64,000 bases of DNA from Squalus acanthias. Its lineage: Eukaryota. The notes under the pieces were generated by a model, which ran no database searches, was not told where the DNA came from, and saw nothing but the letters and a program-made list of their open reading frames with translations. The position numbers and the translations under genes are program-made. Where the stretch lies: positions 149,980,001 to 150,044,000 of the forward strand of contig CM059432.1 in assembly GCA_030390025.1 (NCBI GenBank), given 5' to 3'. This document shows, piece by piece, positions 11,566-24,105 of the stretch (positions are counted from its first letter, which is position 1; every line of letters begins with the position of its first letter).

Positions 11566-13692
11566 TGCCACTCTCTGCGTCTCTGTCTCCTCTGATTCAG
11601 CTGGAGCAGGACGACGCCCCCATTCAGTGCAGCCCCCATAGTCTCTTTGCAAGCAAAGTTATGAAGGCCAGAAACCAAAGTACCAGCGAAGTTAGGATGA
11701 GTAGCCAAAAGTACCTCACACAGCGTTGACTCAATGCAGAAGTCTCTCTTTCTCTCTCTCCGAATCTCTCTCTCTCTCTCAGAACGAGTGGTGCAAAAAT
11801 GTCAACCACAGAGAAAGACAGGAAGAGGCCCCCTTTAAATAGCGCCCCCCCCCCCAGCCCCACAGCGATTGTTAGCGTTCCACTCTTCCGGTTGTTGGAT
11901 GCGCCAGGCGGTAAGGATGGGGGCGCCACTGAAATTCTGCTCCGGGGCGCCACAAGGGCGTTGCACTCTCGTATGACGTCACAATCTGCGCGCGCAGGAG
12001 ATCGCAGCGATAAAGTTTAGCGCCACCGCAAAATGTCTAGTTAAGTTCGCGAGCGGCGCAAACATCGCTGCACCCAGGCACTAGCTGCTTTGCACCCCAT
12101 TAGCGCCCTCTTAAGGCGCTAACGGGAGGCGCAACCAACTGAATTTTTCCCCCTATAACTGTAGTGAACAAACGTCCATCTCTCTCTTGACTCTCTTATC
12201 CTCTGGACTCCTGGCTCTTGACTCTTTTCCTTTTATTCCCTGACGACTTTTGACTTGTGCTCTTGCTGCCCACCGAGCTCTTGGTCCGCTGATCTTCCGG
12301 GAGTCAACCTCATGGCTTGCCGCGAAGATCTGTGAAGAGCTGGGCTGCGAAGGCCGGTAAGCGGGTGCACCATCCCGAGGGTCGGTAAACGGTGTAGGGA
12401 CCCGAAGGCCCGACGAAACGAAACAAGACAAGAAGAAGAAGAAGACGACTACACGTGCCGCCGCGGTCAGTAAACCCCGACCGCGCCCGAACTATAAAGA
12501 CCATTTACAGGTTACCACACGAATTCTACCACCAACCGGTGTCGGGCACAGGAAGACTCTTCTTTGAGTTTTATCAGAACTCCGAGGTCAACACAGATCT
12601 TCATGACAGCAGACGGTCCAGCCTGCTAGCCGGAGCAGAGCGAGTAAACAAGTGGGGTACAGAGACCCCTGATCAACACGTGAATAGTCAGGTGCTGTGG
12701 CGAAAACATCCGAGCATCGTTTTAGAATTCTCCGAGTTATCACGAGTGGTGAGCATGGATCTCGATCCTACAGATCTAGATTAGGACAGGTATTAATAGG
12801 GGAGGGTTTTTGTTTTAAGGATAATTATAATGTGTGTCCCCTTTTTCGATGTGTCGTGCGCTCCTCGTTTCCCTAAACCTAGTTGCATAAATGTATGTAA
12901 GCTTGTACTGTCATTAATCTGTGCTTATGACATGTATTTCGTAATCTTGAACAATATGCAATAAAGATTTTCCATTTCGTACTATTCTACCGGGTCTACC
13001 TGCATTACTGCTCTCGCACCTAAGTCCAGTGTCAGAACCGTAAGGGCGAGTGGGTCGAACCACTCACAGGTGTGTCTAGTGCTACCAGGCTGGCTGGAGA
13101 CCAGAACAGGCAACAAGGCCTAACCCCGCACTAGCACCCAGGCTAAGCACAGAGCCACGTGAACCCCTTACAACAGCTCCACGAATATGTTATGTTAACG
13201 GCCCAGGACCAAAAGCAATGAGACCCAACACTGATTCCTCCAGGTGAGCTGCCACAGATGCTTCGCCCAATTAACATGCAGCACAAAAATCGCCCCACAC
13301 AATGTCAAGCTACTAAATATGGAATATATCCTACTAATAAACAGAACTCAATAACTCATAAGCAATGAAGGCATGAATGTACTCATGACTGCAATAAATT
13401 CTACATCCAATCCTTCGCCATTGCTATGATTAATCAACAACCCTATGATCATTGTATCGTGCAACTACCAGGATGTTAAAAGGCAAACTAGATGGACCTT
13501 GTTTTATTTTCATCTAGAAATTCCTATGTTCCTTTTTACCAGTCTGTGCCAGAATAGTAAATAATGAATATATTAGCTGTCTCAATCTGGACTATGGCCT
13601 GTAAGTGTGGAAGCCTCTTCATCTGAAGAACCTTTCATCTCTCTCCAGAAGATTTGATCAGCCATCTAGAAAACGTGGTTTGGAAAGATATT

Positions 13693-16020
13693 GGGCTAGA
13701 AATTCATTATAACCCAGGAATGGGCTGTATAATTAGAAAAGTTGGAGAATTAGCGCCAGGCGCTAATGCTATAGACTGCACACAAAATTCGTCCTCACTG
13801 CTTAAAGAAATGATTGGAGTCCTAATTCAAGTCTTTAAGCCCAAGCTCATTGGCGTTACACTCAAAGGGTGGACCAATATCAGGTACAGTCGAATCGCAA
13901 GTCATGATTGCCATAGGCTTTTTCCAGTTCTTAAAGGGGAGGTTCATTGATGCTGCAGAACCTCATTCTCAGCATTGCTGGCTGTTCAGCTGCCTCAGCA
14001 AGCAGAAGCAAGTCAAGGAGAAGGAGCCGGAGGACTGAAGCGGCTGTACTCATGGCAGATCCACTCCCCAGGGAGAGTCCGCAGATTTGGCGATCAAGCA
14101 TTGGAGGTGTTGGTGTTCGCTGTGGAGCGACGGAGGGCGGTGCTCTACCTGGCAAGTGGCAGGAGGCCCTCACCGCAAGTCTTCCGCATCATGTATTGGG
14201 AGGTAGTACAGCACGTCTCGGGCAGCACTGTGGTCCCCAGGACCCCCACACAGTGCAGGAAGAAATTTAACGACCTCACTCAGGTGGTCAGGGTGAGTAA
14301 ATGCTTCAACAAATGTTACATACCACCATCTGAACCACAGTCTGCACACACTGCCCAAAGCACCACACCCCCAGCACTCACCCACCAACAATCTCCACCT
14401 ATCAACACTCACACCCACATCTCACACCTTGCACACAATGACAGTTATTTAACTATAGCAGGCACATCACCCAAACACATTGCTCCACACTCACTCACAC
14501 ACTTTCCTTTCTCTTGCAGGCCAAGGTGACTCACAACAGGAGGGAGCAGGAGCGCACAGGCGGGGGACAAGCCGACACCCAACCACTGTCTGTGCTGGAA
14601 CATAGAATGCTGCATATCATTGGGCACCAGGTGGTGGGCGCCGTGGCCACCAGTGACATTGACCCCCCTGGGGACAACAATGGTATATTCATCCCTACTC
14701 CTTCTTCTCACATCCCCCTTCCCCCTCACCCCACAAGCGTTATCACTTTCCAGCTAATCATGCTGTATGCATGCATTTCTCCCTTCCTGCCCCCCTCCCC
14801 TCACCTTAACCCGACTATGGTGCCTTTTTGCAGTTAGATAATGAGCAAGCATCTGAGCAGCCCATCCCTAAGGGCACCATTGAGAGCGAGGCGGGAGAAG
14901 AGGAGGAGGGAGAACACACTGCATGTCTTATCCGCAGGCATCAGCTCAGATACTGGCACTACACGTTCTTTAGAGGCTAGTATAGTAGCGGGATCTGCAC
15001 AGGGTGAGGCACCGGGGACGAGCGGGCTGCAGCAAGGCCAGGGGGAAAGGGTAGCTCGGGGGCCAGCTCCTCGGAGGGCGAGTTCTGCTGCACAGGACTC
15101 AGATGAGGACCTCGATGGGGAGGGTGATGGGCATGCACACGGAGATGATAGGTGCAATGGCAAGGGTGCCTGAGAGCCTCTCGGCAATGGTAAGAAGCGT
15201 GGAGGAGTCCACCTCCAACATTGCACAGAGCTCTACGCACACCATGGAGCCCATCATTTCCAGTCTACAAAGGATGGTAGACTCCCAGAGAGACCGTGGT
15301 GACCCAGACCTGATGCCGCGTGTGATGGGCGATCTGGCAGCTTCCATTGCTGCACAGGCGGAAGCGACGCAACGTCTTAGTGCTGTAATGCAGTCTATGC
15401 TTGGTGCCACGCAAGCTTTGACTGCTGCCATCGTGACTGGGTCTCCCACCATCGACTGGGGCTTTCACGGTGTTGCAGCAGGCCAGCAATCTGTGCTCCA
15501 ACAGATTGCTAAGGATGGTGAGGTGCTGCCCCGGGGGAGTGGCAGTGGGTCAGTAGAGCAGGAACCTGCTGTCCTCTCTCAGGATGACAGCATTCCTGCT
15601 CCCACCACTGCCACTCCACCATTGCCCTTGTCGCTGCCTGTCATCCAGCCAGCCCAGACTGCTGCCGCCCATGCTGAGGTGGAGCAGTCTACAGCCGGGC
15701 CTTCCAGGCCCAGAGCTGGTCGAGGGCGTCCTGCAAGGCCATCTGAAGTCTCCCACACGGACACTCAGCAGCCTTCTACCAGCCCTGCTGCAGCCACTGG
15801 GCCAACACTAGAGTAGGCAAAGGCTCAGTAACGAGAGGCACTAAGGGATTGCACAAGGGTGAATAGTTAATATTTTTGTTGTAAATATGTGTTCACTGAT
15901 TTTTGATAAATTTATTAATTCAGTTTGGATTCTTTTGTGGTGTGTCTCATTTCAGCTTTCTGCTGTGATATGGCCTGTGACAGGGATGGAATGATGTGGA
16001 TGTGGTGAGCAACGGGGATC
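13693..16020 (+). mobile_element. Truncated Harbinger copy 2 (left end plus Myb gene, no transposase)
   Basis: Begins GGGCTAGAAATTC with TTAGCGCCAGGCGCTAA subterminal motif; right part replaced by LINE sequence. Confidence 0.8.
14052..15816 (+). pseudogene. Harbinger Myb/SANT gene, frameshifted (exons ~14052-14292, 14520-14682, ~14838-15816)
   Basis: RFGDQALEVLV...QCRKKFNDLT, AKVTHNRREQERTGGG, GMHTEMIGAMARVPE, QQSVLQQIA: clear paralog of 8388-10177, with frameshifts in exons 1 and 3. Confidence 0.85.
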
Positions 16021-16044
16021 TGGGGTTTAATTCATTCGAACCGC

Positions 16045-16575
16045 AGTCTGATGCTGCCTTGATGTCGAGGGCAGTCACTCTCACCTCACCTCTGGAATTC
16101 AGCTTTTTTGTCCATGTTTGGACCAAGGCTGTAATGAGGTCTGGAGCTGAGTGGTCTTGGAGGAACCCAAACTGAGCATCAGTGAGCAGGTTATTGGTGA
16201 GTAAGTGCCACTTGATAGCATTGTTGACGACATCTTCTATCACTTTGCTGATGATTGAGAGTAGACTGATGGTGCGGTAATTGGCCGGATTGGATTTGTC
16301 CTGCTTTCTGTGGACAGGACATACCTGGGCAATTTTCCACATTGTCGGGCAGATACCAGTATTGTCGCTGTACTGGAACAGCTTGGCTAGAGCCGGGGGT
16401 AGTTCTGGAGCACAAGTCTTCAGCAGGAGAGCCGGGATATCCAGTGCATTTAGCCATATCGTGATATCACGTGGAGTGAATCGAATCGGCTGAAGACTGG
16501 CTTCTGTGATGGTGGGATCCTCAGGATGAGGCCGAGATGAATCATCCACTTGGCACTTCTGGCTGAAGATGGTTA
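16045..16575 (-). mobile_element. LINE RT fragment (CR1/Jockey group, probably same family as 3566-4495)
   Basis: WKIAQVCPVHRKQDKSNPANYRTISLLSIISKV...QFGF...ALDIKAA. Confidence 0.8.
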
Positions 16576-17195
16576 GAACATAAGAACATAAGAATTAGGA
16601 GCAGGAGTAGGCATTACGGCCCCTCGAGCCTGCTCCGCCATTCAATAAGATCATGGCTGATCATCGACCTCAACTCCACTTTCCCGCCCCATCTCCATAT
16701 CCCTTGAACCCCTAGAGCCCAAAAATCTATCGATCTCAGTCTTGAATATACTCAAAGACTCAGCATCCAAATCCCTTTTGGGTAGAGAATTCCAAAGATT
16801 CACAACCCTCTGAGTGAAGAAATTCCTCCTCATCTCAGTCTTAAATGGCCAACCCCTTATCCCGAGACTATGCCCCCTAGTTCTAGACTCTCCAGCCAGG
16901 GGAAACAACCTCTCAGCATCTACCTTGTCAATCCCCCTCAGAAACTTGTATGTTTCAATGAGATCACCTCTCATTCTTCTAAACTCCAGAGAGTATAGGC
17001 CCAATCTACTCAGTCTCTCCTCATAGGACAACCCACTCATCCCAGGAATCAATCTAGTGAACATTCGTTGCACCGCCTCTAAGGCAAGTATATCCTTCCT
17101 CAGATAAGGAGACCAAAACTGTGCACAGTACTCCAGGTGTGGTCTCACCAAGGCCCTCTACAATTGTAGCAAGACTTCCTCACTCTTATACTCCA
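16576..17195 (-). mobile_element. CR1 LINE 3' fragment
   Basis: VRPHLEYCAQFWSP...RRMRGDLIETYK...FFTQRVVNLWNSLP; (TTCTTATG)n tail at 16576-16592. Confidence 0.95.
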
Positions 17196-17749
17196 ACCCC
17201 CTTTGCTGTCAGATAGCAGAAATGATGTGGTATGATGTATTTCTATCATTTGCGTAATATTTCCCATACTTGGATGGAAGTATTCTATGCCCCGCAGGGA
17301 GTCAGTTTGAGGAAGTTGAGTGGATGATTCACAACTCATAGTAAGAAGGAGCAAGTGGAGGTATTAGAAGAGGAGTGGGGAAGATTTGACCAGACTGCGA
17401 GCACACAAAGTATGACTGACGTTTTGGCAAGGGATTGGGTCTATCTTCAGACAGGACCTAATGCTTGAGAAGAAGTAATTTTCCACTTCCTTTGAGTCCG
17501 CCATGAGCAGCAAGCACTTGGTGGAAAATGTGCAGCAGTGCTCTTCTGTTGTGGATCGGCTCCCCTCCAACAGGGCATGGGATTCTTCTGGACTCTCACG
17601 AGGAAAAAGGGGGACGCTGATAATCTAACGCTGATAATCTAATGCTATGGCACCATTCATGGGCCACTCGGGAGGTCTCCCACTTTCCCATCTGGCCAGT
17701 CTACCTGCTCTTCACAACTTTCCATCCATAATAGTCCATCTCTTGTCCA

Positions 17750-17945
17750 TCTTCTCTTTCTTTCTCCCTTCATCTTCCTTCTCTCTCTCCCTCTCTTCTT
17801 TCTCTCCTACCCCTCTTCTCCCTTTGTCCCCTCTCTCTTCTGCCTGCTCTTATTTCTCTCTCCCTCTCTCTTTCTTCTCTCTCCCCTCCTCTCTCTCTCT
17901 CTCTCTTTACCTTCTAATATCTCTATATCTCTCTATCTCCCCTCC
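17750..17945. repeat. CT-rich low-complexity tract
   Basis: Direct inspection. Confidence 0.85.
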
Positions 17946-18149
17946 TGCTCTAAGCTCCATTCTTGAAATGGATGACTGGGAATGCCCGACACATGAATTC
18001 TTTTGCTCTGATAAACAGGGAAACGGTATAGTTATCACACTGGCAGAATGTTGGTAGAATCAGTAGGACTGTACGATGTTAGTTCGCTCCCTGAAAATAG
18101 CTTTAAAATGTTGATCTGATCTCTCACAAGTGTGCTACAAACATACAAA

Positions 18150-19135
18150 TATGAGAAAAATAACAAGTAAAGACCAACTGATCAACTGTGCCTGTCCCAA
18201 CCTGGTATGGTGCAACTGCTGCACAGCATCACCCCCATTACTCCCCCCACCCCACACAATCTCCTGGGAGAGGCCAGGTGCTCTCCAACCCCCGAAGACT
18301 CCAAGCTCCAGGAGACAACAATGACTGGGTGGCACAACCCCCAAAGACCCACTCTTCTATATAGAGAGATCTTTACCTGTCAGGAACTTATCTAACTCCC
18401 TTCTGAACGCTTGCAACAAATCTGCACTTATTCCAGAGGTTGATAACTCTTTGTGAAAAGAAGTACCTCCTAGCATCTAAACCAGTTCTTTGTTTATGTG
18501 CACTGGCCCTCCCTAACCTAGTTAGCTCAAATAACCTATCTAGTTGGACTAAATCTAATCCTTTCATTATTTTAATTACATCAATCATAATTCCTTGAAG
18601 TCCATGCATTTCCAAAGTAAAAAGCGATAGCTCTCCAAACCTGTCCTGATAACTGAGTTCCCTTAAACGAAGTATCGATCTAGTGGCCCTTCTCTGAACC
18701 TTTTCCAGGGTCTTTATGTCCCCACCATGTGCAGGGACCAAAACTGGTCACAGTATTCTAGTTGTGGCCTGACCAAGGCTTTATACAAAGGAAGGGTAGT
18801 GGTTCTTTCTTTACATTTATTTGTCCTGGCAAACATTCTAACACCCTGTGACTCACTGTCACAATAGCCTCGTGGCACTAGTCATGGACCGTCAATGACT
18901 CATGTTTTGTAACCACCAGGTACTTCTCCCGTCCAGCTGCCTTGAACATGCTACTCTGCATGATGTACACTTGCTTTGAGTTGCCCCGACCCAATTGCCT
19001 CATACTACATTTGTCTACATTAATCTTGACAAGGGCCCATTCTCCCATTCTATCTAGATGCAGTTGAAATCTAATTTTTTTCATCTACGGTCCTTACACC
19101 TGCACATATCTTTATGTCATCTGAGAATATGATAG
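18150..19135 (-). mobile_element. Old degenerate CR1 fragment
   Basis: LEKVQRRATR, FFSQRVINLWN, FSDDIKIC remnants spread across frames. Confidence 0.75.
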
Positions 19136-19149
19136 GAACAGAGAGATTT

Positions 19150-19765
19150 AGGGGTCCAAGGCCTCCGATCTTCGGGTAAGCGTTCTCCAAGGCGGCCTTC
19201 GAGACACACGACAACACAAAATCATCGAGCAGAAACTGATAGCCAAGTTCCGCACCCATGAGGACGGCCTCAACCGGGATCTTGGGTTCATGTCACGCTA
19301 CATGTAACCCCACCTGACGTAGAGTCATCCAGACTCGAGTCGTCGTTGGCTTGTTCACAGATGCGGCCGGACCTGCTGTGATTTCCAGCAAAAAAAGTAA
19401 AAAGTTTAAAGTTTTTAGTTTTCCATACAGACTGCGGCATCTGACACATTTGACCCCTTGTGACCCCACCTCATTGTCTTTGTTGTATTTTGCTATCGTC
19501 TTTGATGTAATGTCTTCCTGACTGACCTGGTTGGATTTGATTGCCGTGATTGTTTCTCTGCCGAGGTGTGATAAAGGGCAGTTAGAAAGATTAACTGTAG
19601 TCGTCTAGCATTGTTCTCTGCACAGGCATTGTTCTCTGTCTATATATGCTGTGCCCATTTGTATTTCTTCACTTCACCTGACGAAGGAGCAGCCGCTCCG
19701 AAAGCTTGTGATTTCAAATAAAGCTGTTGGACTATAACCTGGTGTTGTGCGACTTCTCACTAGTT
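19150..19765 (+). mobile_element. Penelope-like element 3' end
   Basis: ASDLRVSVLQGGLRDTRQHKIIEQKLIAKFRTHEDGLNRDLGF (GIY-YIG C-terminal motif), followed by hammerhead-containing terminal sequence. Confidence 0.8.
19673..19712 (+). ncRNA. Minimal hammerhead ribozyme (Penelope type)
   Basis: TTCAC-CTGACGA-A-GGAGC(AGCC)GCTCC-GAAA-GCTT-GTGAT: CUGANGA and GAAA core boxes, stems I and II, palindromic AAGCTT stem III. Confidence 0.75.
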
Positions 19766-19767
19766 TT

Positions 19768-21062
19768 TAGTGATTTCTGTACTTGGACCCCTAAATCTCC
19801 CTTCTCCTCCACAGTTTAGCTTCTCATCATTTAGAAAATACTCTGATCTATCTTTCTACGGTCCAAAGTGGATGACCTCACACTTTCCCACACTGAACTC
19901 CATCTGCCACAGTTTTACCCACTCACTTAATCCATCAAAGTCTTTTAACAACTTTCTGCTCCAATCCATACTATTTACTGTGCCACCTAATGTAATGTCA
20001 TCAGCAAACTTGGATATACGGCTCTCTATTCCTTCATCTAAGTCATTTATAAATATAGTGAAAAGCTGAGGCCCCAGTACAGATCCCTGGGGGGACACCA
20101 CTAGTCACATCCTGCCAATTTGAGTATGTACCCATTATCCCTCCTCTCTGTCTCCTACCTCCTAATCAATTCCCTACTCATGTCAATGGCCCAGAAATTC
20201 GCCTCTCCGGCTTGCCGCGGGGGTAAGGATCGCGCGCGCTCTTACCTACCGCGCCTGCCATTGTGTTTTGGGCCCACGGGAACTTCAGCTCCTGCTCCTC
20301 TCCCAACTGCCGGCGCGCAGTGCTTGTGTATCCCAGGGGCGCAGTTAGTGCGATGCGTCCCCTGGGATCACGTGGGCCATGGAGAGCCAATGGCAGCAGA
20401 CCATCTTTCATTCATAGATTTGACAGAAAGACCTGTCAAATCTGTGAATTGAAATCGGCCCCAAAAGAACAGCTAAACTTCAAATAAATTTTAAAAAAAA
20501 CCATCACATTTATAAAATAACTATAGTTAAATAAATTAACCACTTTAAATAAAAATTTAAATTTTTGAAAAAATTAAAATACTTTTTAAAAGTGATAAAA
20601 ATAAACTTACCTTTCTTTAAAGTATCTAAAAAAGATAAACCTGTTGAAAAAAATTTAAAATTATACTTAATTAACCACTTACCTTGTTGAAAACGGGTCT
20701 TGCGCCTCCTTTTTAATAGCATAGTTTCTTCAATACTTACCCTCCCGTAGAAACCTGAAAAAAAAATCAAAGTTTGCTGCGTGTGCGCAGCCTCTACCGC
20801 GCATGCGGTTCACCTAGGAACCGCCCCCTTCACCATACCGGAAGTTCCGGTTTCCCGCGCATGCGCAGTGCATGCAGGAAACCAGCACTTCGGGAAGCAT
20901 TACGGGTGAGTACAGAACGCGTACTCACCCGGGAAGGGCCGAATTTTTGGCCCATTCCATGGACTCTCATTTTTGTAAACAGTCTCTTATGTGGAACCTT
21001 GTCGAATGCCTTCTGGAAGTTGATATAAATAACATCCATTGACACTCCATTATCTACCACGT
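19768..21062 (-). mobile_element. CR1 RT fragment interrupted by a MITE
   Basis: PQGSVLGPQLFTIFINDL..KFADD (19856-20101) continues as FQKAFDKVPHKRL (20957-21060). Confidence 0.85.
20188..20953. mobile_element. Harbinger-type MITE with AT-rich core
   Basis: TIRs GGCCCAGAAATTCG / CGAATTTTTGGCCC; flanks AAT/ATT; splits the CR1 ORF2 cleanly. Confidence 0.8.
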
Positions 21063-21564
21063 TAAAACCTACCTCTTTGACCAGGCTTTTGGTCATCTGT
21101 CTTGATATCTCCTTCTGTGGCTCGAAGTCAAATTTTGATTGATAACGCTCTTGTGAAGCGCCTTGGAACGTTTTACTACATTAAAGGCGCTATAATAAAT
21201 GCAAGTTGTTGTTGTTGCTGTTGTTAGTTACTGCCTGAAAATTTAACTAGGTTTGTTACCCATTACAAATCCATGCTGGCCCACATTTGTCCAAATGTTC
21301 AGTCACTCTGTCCCCAATAAAATATTCTAGTAACTTCTCCACAACTGACATTAGACTAATAGGCCTGTCATTTCCTAGTTTATCTCTGTTACCCTTTGTA
21401 AATAGTGGTCTCCAGTGTCCTTTTGGGTGCTTTGATTGCGGCTTTCATTGCCTCTAGCTAATGTTTAATACTAACATGCTAACCACAATCTCCTGGTATG
21501 ACTTCATTCTCACATTGCTGTATATAGCAGAGATACAGATTAGTATCTGTATACAAGCCGTCAA

Positions 21565-21875
21565 GATCTCTGTGCTCCTCCAATTCTGGCCTCTTGTGCA
21601 TCCCCAGTTTTAATCACTCCACCATTGGCAGCCGTGCCTTCAGCTGCCTGGGCCCTGGGCTCTGGAATTCCCTCCCTAATCCTCTCCACCTCTCTCCCCT
21701 CCTTAAAGACGCTCCTTAAAACCTAACTCTTTAACCAAGCTTTTGGTCATCTGTCGTTATCTCTCCTTACGTGGCTCTGTGTCCAAATGTATTTGATAAT
21801 CGCTCCTGTGAAGCGCCTTGGGATGTTTTACTATGTTAAAGGCGCTATATAAAGGCAAGTTGTTGTTGTTGTTGT
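21565..21875 (+). mobile_element. L2-type 3' end with (TTG)n tail (a shorter copy lies at 21065-21225)
   Basis: CTGTGAAGCGCCTTGGGATGTTTTACTATGTTAAAGGCGCTATATAAAGGCAAGTTGTTGTTG; homologous to the 3' end of the L2 at 54003-55800. Confidence 0.8.
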
Positions 21876-22009
21876 AACGCCACCACAAAGATGATCAAAA
21901 TCAGTCTAAGTGACCTTTCCGCCAGACGGTGAAAATCGTATACATTCCCAATGACTCCCTGCCATCTACTCACCACAGGCTGGCAGAGGTATTTTAGGGG
22001 GATCTGGGG

Positions 22010-22300
22010 ACATACTCCATCTGGAAATAAAAAGCTGCTGTCAATAAAAGTGACCATAAAGCTCTCAGATTGTTGTAAAAACCCAATTGCTTCATTAATG
22101 TCCATAAGGGAAGGAAACCTGTTGTCCTTACCCGGTCTGGCCTATATGTGACTCCAGTCCCACACCAATGTGGTTGACTCTGAAGTTTGTATCAAACCTG
22201 CCGTGGTTCAAGAAGAAGGCCCACCACCACCTTCCCATGGCAACTAGGCATAAATATAGGTCTTTCCAGCGATGCCCACATCCCAAGAATGAATAAAAGA
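22010..22300 (+). mobile_element. SINE-like fragment sharing its 3' tail with the LINE at 3566-4495
   Basis: GTTCAAGAAGAAGGCCCACCACCACCTT...CCAGCGATGCCCACATCCC tail matches 4414-4492; the upstream core is not LINE-like. Confidence 0.6.
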
Positions 22301-22494
22301 AAACCCTGTGGAAATTCAGGGCCATCAGTCTCCTGCTCCATTGTGACAAATGGCCAATAAATACTTAGCATAATGTTCAAATCAACTGCATTTATTTCCT
22401 CTCATGTGTAGTTTATGGATGTTGGCAGATTGAGTTGACCTGGTTTCAGACATGTGACACCAAACCCTGAGCCAGTCCCTCGCAGAAGGCACAA

Positions 22495-23295
22495 CCTCGA
22501 TTTTAACTCCCACCACCTGGCAGAAACCGAGTGGTGGGAGTTAAAATGGGACGGTTAACTTACCCACTCCTTTCCTGCCCCAATCTGATCAACTGCAATT
22601 TTAAATTGCAAGCGGCAGGGACATAAGAACATAAGAACATAAGAAATAGGAGCAGGAGTAGGTCATTTGGCCCCTCGAGCCTGCTCCGCCATTCAATAAG
22701 ATCATGGCTGATCTGATCTTGGCCTCAACTCCACTTCCCTGCCTGCTCCCCATAACCCTCGACCCCCTTATTGATGTGGACACCCACCTCAAGCTAATGG
22801 GGTCCTCTTTAAATATGCAGATTGGGCTCTGATGATGTAATTGGGGCTTGATCTGCTATTTTAAACCAAGGTCTGAGTGGGAGAGCAGAGGTGGCTTCCC
22901 TGCTAGCCCAAACCTGCTGTGAGCTGCATCGCAGGCCAGAGGAGGCCCAGGGAGGTATGGTTTTAAAAAAATAATAATTTAAGTTTCCTTGTGGGCCAGG
23001 AGGAGCAGGAGAAGGAGAAGAAGGAGCAGGATTTCTTTTCCAGGCCCTACAAGGAAACCATGAAGCTCCCTTGCTTCGCCCCCCGCCCCCCACATCCATC
23101 TGATCGCAATCACCCCTGGACCCCCTCCTCACCATTAACCTGACTGCCAGGGACCATTCCCGCGGGTCCCCGGTGGTGGCCTCTTGCTGCCCCAATTCCT
23201 ACTCTCGCCTGCTGCCCAGGCAGTGATTTCTGCCAAGTTCGGGTGGGAGTGGGAGCCTGAATATGGAAATCAGGTTCAGGCATTAAAATCTGTTC
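22495..23295. mobile_element. Degenerate Harbinger-type MITE with a nested CR1 tail (22620-22770, minus)
   Basis: ATTTTAACTCCCACCAC...GTGGTGGGAGTTAAAAT inverted motif at the left end and TTAAAATC at the right end; CR1 (TTCTTATG)n tail inside. Boundaries approximate. Confidence 0.5.
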
Positions 23296-23914
23296 GGACC
23301 TCGACATGTGAGTTTGTCACTCGGGCCCGAGAGAAAGGCTGAGGAACAGGGTTAGGGCAAGGAGTGCCGGGGGGGTGGGGGGGTAAGGGGCTGATATTTG
23401 ACTTGGTGGGCAAAGGAAAGGGAGAGAAAGCCGCAGAGGCAGCTGAACAAATGGTCTCAGTTTAGCATTTTTCCTTCCATAGCGTACTGTCCATTTGCTA
23501 CAGCACTGCTGCCACCCTGGCTGAGTGTAACTCAGCAGAAACCATTGCACCAAGTACAGAGGCTCTGCGCCACATAAATATTGCTTAAATATTTGTTGGG
23601 AAAGGGGCGACATTAGCAAAGTACAACTGAATGCTATGTTTTGATATGTGGCATCGGCTCAGCTTCCCTGATGTAGTTTTATTATTTAGATTCTGGTTTG
23701 GTCGCTATGACCCATGACCTCTGTTCCATGTGACGGGATTTCAGTGCACCTGATACATTTGCTCTTTTGAGATAATGTTGAATGAAAATGGTTGATTCAT
23801 AGAAAAATCTATTCATAAACCTTGTCCACAAAAGCAAGAATTGACTGTGCACTATAGCACACTGAAAATCACTGGCCTTTAATGCACAAACAGGATGTAC
23901 CTTAACAGTATAAA

Positions 23915-24105
23915 ATAAAATCAGAAAATGCTGGAAATACTCAGCAGGTCAGGCAGCATCTGTGGAGAGAGAAACAGAGTTAACGTTTCAGGTTGATGAC
24001 CCTTCGTCAGAACTGGAAAAAGTTGGAGATGCAACAGGTTTTTAAGCAAGTGTAGGGGCAGGGAAAGGGGGGAGGGGAGGACAGAACAAAAGGGAAGGTC
24101 TGTTG
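23915..24105 (-). mobile_element. Penelope-like terminal fragment with hammerhead motif (23978-24014)
   Basis: Reverse complement AGTT-CTGACGA-AGGGTCATCAACCT-GAAA-CGTT-AACT; homologous to 26780-26940. Confidence 0.8.

Larger units (their letters stand above)
8030..12153. mobile_element. Full-length two-gene PIF/Harbinger DNA transposon (4,124 bp)
   Basis: Perfect 16-bp TIR GGGGGAAAAATTCAGT, 3-bp TSD TAT (8027-8029, 12154-12156), convergent Myb/SANT and DDE transposase genes. Confidence 0.97.
7412..13172 (+). mobile_element. Solo LTR (~1.63 kb; Gypsy or ERV1-like) split by a Harbinger
   Basis: Starts TGTA (7412), ends TACA (13172), 4-bp TSD ACAG (7408-7411, 13173-13176); ATTGG and GGGCGG boxes at 7998-8006, TATAA reconstituted across the Harbinger, AATAAA at 12960-12965. 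Confidence 0.85.

Noticed and set aside
11562..11639. 25-codon upstream ORF (MGAAL...) whose TGA overlaps the transposase ATGATG, suggesting stop-restart regulation
   Set aside because: Its RRQRRRE segment is in the transposase frame in copy 3 (29612-29632), so a simple 1-nt deletion in copy 1 is the more economical explanation.
10489..11652. Calling the pair host genes HARBI1 / NAIF1, or the hAT ORF a ZBED gene
   Set aside because: TIRs, TSD, multiple decayed paralogs and nested insertions indicate ordinary transposon copies.
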